Shown: one piece after another, positions 60,058 through 64,000 of the stretch
Numbering within the stretch: the first letter of the stretch is position 1
How the letters are laid out: each line of letters begins with the position of its first letter
NCBI GenBank assembly: GCA_026025075.1
Contig: JAPEUI010000014.1
Location: forward strand, 62,001-126,000
Reading direction: 5' to 3'
Origin: Vezdaea acicularis
Lineage: Eukaryota
DNA length: 64,000 nt
Program-made: the position numbers and the translations under genes
Notes under the pieces: model-generated
The model's input: only the letters and a program-made list of their open reading frames with translations
Told to the model about the DNA's origin: nothing
Database searches by the model: none

Positions 60058-62311
60058 ATGGTGCACCTCGCCAGCATCCCCAACGATGAAGCCAAAGATA
60101 GCATGCCCGTCAAGGGCATGGTCAAGAAAGACGAAGTTCCACATAAGGGTCTGGAAAGGATGGGTCTCGAGGAGTCCGACTTGTTTACCACCTCGGTTTA
60201 TGGAAGCCGTTTCGCCGGTCGAGACCTTCCAAAGTACGAGATGCCTGACACCGAGATGCCCAAGGAGATAGCCTACCGAATGATCAAGTATGGATGAACA
60301 AACTCGGATCAATAGTCTCTGGACCAATATTGACGGTGCTAGGGATGATCTGAGCTTGGACGGCAATCCCATGCTGAAGTGAGTTCTACCAATCGACATC
60401 GCCATTTAAAAACCCATCTAACGAAGCTTGTAGCTTAGCTAGCTTCGTCACAACTTATATGGTGCGAAGATTGAGCCTCCATTAGAGAAGACCTATGCTA
60501 AGAATTCAATCAGGAAGAAGAGGCGGAAAAGCTCATGACTGAAGCTTTCTCGAAGAACTTGTACGTGAAGCACGGTCCAGACTACCCCTAACAAGGTGTA
60601 TGGGGCCTGCCTCTGACAATAACAGCATCGATTATGAAGAATACCCTCAAAGCGCAGACATTGTAAGATACTACATTCGCTAATTCGAGGAGATTCTCAA
60701 CTAATGAATCACATATAGCAAAACCGATGCGTTTCCATGGTGCGTCCAAACGCTTCTACGTAGAGATATCCTCAGGAGCTGACGGCTCGGTCAGATCGGC
60801 CGACTTTTCAATGCACCGACCCATGAGGAGGATCATAACGCAGTTGGCACAAGCTGCATTGGAAGTTCGGAGGTGAGGAAGATATCCTCACCAGGCATTG
60901 ACCATACAGACTGAGAGGCTTAACTTTTGTCAGGCAATTATGCTCGGAACGCTGTCAATGAAGAAGGTATGATGTGCATGCGCTCGGGGTATCAGAAGAT
61001 GAACTGACAGAATGCTAGAAATGGCAAAACAAACGAAAGGCTGAAGGCAAGCCATACGATAAGCCAAATATAATCATGTCATCTGCAGTCCAAGGTATTT
61101 GTTGTGATTGGTAGGGTTTGAACCTCGCTAATCATGTTGCAGTCTGCTGGGAGAAAGGTGCGCGGTACAGAGATTGAGGGGTCTTGCCTCTAGCTAATCA
61201 TATATAGCTGCCAGGTACTTCGAAGTGGAAGAGAAATATGTATTCTGTACCGAAGATCGATACGTTATTGACCCCAAGGAGACCGTCGACCTAGTCGATG
61301 AGAATACCATTGGGATATGTGTAATCCTTGGAACAACTTATACTGGCGAGTATGAGGACGCAAAAGCCGTCAACGACTTGCTAGTTGAGAGGGGAATCGA
61401 CTGCCCAATACACATTGATGCCGCAAGTGGGGGCTTCGTCGCACCTTTCGTGTGCCCAGAACTCGAGTGGGACTTCCGTCTCGAGAAAGTCGTCAGCATC
61501 AACGTCTCAGGGCACAAGGTAAACAAACTCCATCCCCTATTTCCCCTCCATCTTGAAACTACTTGATACTGATCGATTTTTGATAGTACGGGCTTGTCTA
61601 CCCCGGTGTAGGCTGGGTCGTCTGGCGTTCCCCAGAGTACCTACCGAAGGAGCTTGTATTTAACATCAACTATCTTGGAGCCGATCAAGCGTCATTCACT
61701 CTCAACTTCTCCAAGGGTGCCTCCCAGGTGATTGGTCAATACTATCAGATGATCCGCCTAGGCAAGCGTGGCTACCGTGCCATCATGCTGTAAGCCTAAC
61801 ACGCCCAAAGCTGGGTTAAGCTCCCGTCTCTACTTGACTAACATCGCGCAGCAACCTGACTCACACGGCCGACTACCTAGCAGACTCCCTTGCCAAGCTC
61901 GGATTCATCATCATGTCACAAGGCGGCGGCAAAGGCCTTCCCCTGGTAGCCTTCCGCCTCAACCCTAAGGACGGCAAGCTGTACGACGAGTTCGCGATTG
62001 CCCACCAACTCCGTGAGCGCGGCTGGGTCGTCCCCGCATACACCATGGCCCCGCACACGGATAAGCTCAAGCTGATGCGCGTCGTCGTCCGCGAAGACTT
62101 CTCGCAGTCCAGATGCGATTCTCTCGTCTGCGACTTTGCCATCGCGCTGAAGACCCTGGACGACATGGACAAGCACACCGTCGCTGCACACGCCAAACAT
62201 GTCAAGCAACACGTTACCAACTCGGGCAAGTCCACGCATAATCACCCACATTATGCGGATGAGGATCACTCGCTCCAGGGCCAGACCGGGAAGACCCACG
62301 CCGTGTGCTGA
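60058..62311 (+). CDS. GAD1: Glutamate decarboxylase
   Basis: [57 protein letters not shown] site SGHK|YG, GWVVPAY. Twelve GT-AG introns reconstruct a continuous frame. Confidence 0.96.
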
Positions 62312-62490
62312 TGGTGGCATGGTGGACTTTGCATAAAGCATGAACGGCCTCAATGGATGATGTCGATGATGATGATGACTATAAAGCAAGCAAACATGTG
62401 GGGGGAATGGACAAGGATAGGGGGCACTCGAGTAGTTACGGCCACGGCTCTAGTACAAATGCATCCCCGGTTTTATGTTTCTGCTTGCAT

Positions 62491-63555
62491 CTACGCCTGA
62501 ATCTCCCCCCTGTCCCACCTCGTCATCACCTCCTCCACGAATCCTCGCAACTCCCCTTTCCTCTCCTCCGCGCACCAACTGCCCCGAATACCCGCCTCAC
62601 AGATCCCTCGCCACTCTTGCGCGGACAGCTCAAAGGCGTCTTGCACCGCACAGTAATTCTCCTGTATATACCCCCCAAAATAGGCCGGGTCGTCGCTATT
62701 GATACTGAACTGCACCCCCGCCTCCAGAAAGCGACGAATGGGTAACTCAGCCACGCTCGGCACGCACTGTAGCAGCACGTTGGACAGTGGACAGACAGTG
62801 ACAAGCGTCTGCTCGCGCGCGACTCGCGCCATGAGCTCCGCATCGTCCGCAAGACGTATCCCATGATCGATGCGCTGCACGCTCAGTTCATCCAGCGCAG
62901 CGCGAACGTAGCCCGCAGGCGCCTCCTCGCCGGCGTGTGCGGTGCGCTTGATCTCCTTGCTCGCGGCGATGGCGTAGAGCTCGCTGAAGAGCGGCGGCGG
63001 GAAGGGCAGCTCGTTGCTATCGAGGCCGATGCCAGCGAGCTTGCCGCTCTCGAGGTCGGGCAGGGCCGTGTTGAGGGTTTCGAGCGCGTGTGGGACGGGC
63101 AGGTGGCGCAGGAAGCACATGATGAGCAGGGTGGAGAGGCCGAGCTCGCGCTCGGCGCGCTGGCAGGCGGTTGTGAAGCCGGATATGACGGTCTCGTAGG
63201 CGACGCCGCGGGTGGTGTGGGCTTGTGGGTCGAAGAAAACTTCGGCGTGGCGGACGCCCTGGGCGTGGGCGCGCTGGAAGTAGTCCCAGGCGAGGTCCTC
63301 GAAGTCGGAGGGGGTCAGCAGCACGGATTGCGCGGTGGTGTAGTACGTTAGGAAATCGGAGAGGGAGGAGAATGAGGCGTAGCGCGTAGTGAGCGTTTCG
63401 AGGGAGGTGTACGCTGGGTTGGAGGCGGGGAGGGGGATGTTGTTCTTGCGGGAGAGGTTGAAGAGGAGGGTTGGGGAGAGGGCGCCCTCGAGGTGCATGT
63501 GGTGCTCACATTTTGGGAGGGCGGTCAGGAGAGGGTGGAGGGGAGACTTGCACAT
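62491..63555 (-). CDS. AAH1: Adenine deaminase (adenosine/AMP deaminase family)
   Basis: LPKCEHHMHLEG, AEVFFDPQAH, TAHAGEE, RIDHG, VCPLSN, NSDDPAYFGGY. Intronless. Confidence 0.93.
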   Translation of the reverse strand: MCKSPLHPLLTALPKCEHHMHLEGALSPTLLFNLSRKNNIPLPASNPAYTSLETLTTRYASFSSLSDFLTYYTTAQSVLLTPSDFEDLAWDYFQRAHAQGVRHAEVFFDPQAHTTRGVAYETVISGFTTACQRAERELGLSTLLIMCFLRHLPVPHALETLNTALPDLESGKLAGIGLDSNELPFPPPLFSELYAIAASKEIKRTAHAGEEAPAGYVRAALDELSVQRIDHGIRLADDAELMARVAREQTLVTVCPLSNVLLQCVPSVAELPIRRFLEAGVQFSINSDDPAYFGGYIQENYCAVQDAFELSAQEWRGICEAGIRGSWCAEERKGELRGFVEEVMTRWDRGEIQA

Positions 63556-64000
63556 TGTGGATGTGTATCTGGGAGTCCGTGGAGGATTGGTAGAGTTTAG
63601 CTAAGTAGTTTTGTTGCTGTTTGTGTCGACGGCGAGCATGCAGTCGTTCCAAGGGCTCAGGATGAAGCCATTGATAAGCCGACAGCCGCGGTCACGCTAG
63701 TGGAAGTCAAGTCGATCAAAAGAGCGAGGTACCTGCCATGCGATGAGTTCTTTGGACGATGTGTTGACGGTTATTGGAGTCCGCTTACTATCTGGTGAGC
63801 AACATCGTAAGCAAAGAATAGTGGGGCATTTGATAACGGAGCGCGGCTCAAAAAGGAAGCTCGCATCGCGCAGTGGACGATGTCACCTCGTTGGCCACAT
63901 CCGACGGCCCGAAATCGATCCTTGAACTTTCAAGCTGGTTCCTGCATCGTCAAGAGAAGTTCAATCTTCCAAGAGGCTCAGTCATTAGCAAGAGGGCAAC

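Noticed and set aside
55888..63555. Laccase + GAD1 + adenine deaminase as a metabolic gene cluster
   Set aside because: No shared pathway, backbone synthase, transporter or regulator; they look like unrelated neighbours.
1..64000. Transposons, CRISPR arrays, rRNA/5S, TPP riboswitch
   Set aside because: No transposase/RT ORFs, terminal repeats, spacer arrays or recognisable consensus sequences seen by eye.

Overview
Gene-dense eukaryotic DNA from a filamentous ascomycete (Pezizomycotina-type GT..CTRAC/CTAAY..YAG introns, mostly 50-100 nt). I can support about 23 protein-coding genes. Most are housekeeping: class III aminotransferase, SRP19/SEC65, a GNAT, TAF4, YSH1, an ABCG half-transporter, ferric reductase, VPS3/TGFBRAP1-like, CASP/COY1, DUF3455, a Zn2Cys6 protein, LSM7, PAN3, a FAF2-like UBX protein, an orphan ORF, DUF3405, an F-box protein, PSD1, a Ubl/HERP-like protein, ATP12, laccase, GAD1 and adenine deaminase. 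There is also one intron-containing tRNA-Thr(TGT) and several simple repeats. I see no transposon, CRISPR array or secondary-metabolite cluster, and I cannot support a wholly new system. The best leads are an outsized structured intron in YSH1 and a second in PAN3 (candidate intronic H/ACA snoRNAs or regulatory RNAs), an apparent 1-nt frameshift in the F-box gene near a 91-bp duplication, a GAD1 intron with two in-frame 7-nt-shifted splice-site pairs, a recurring C-rich to G-rich skew switch at gene ends, and a 51-nt C homopolymer. Exon boundaries were read by eye and family calls come from motif recognition, not database searches.
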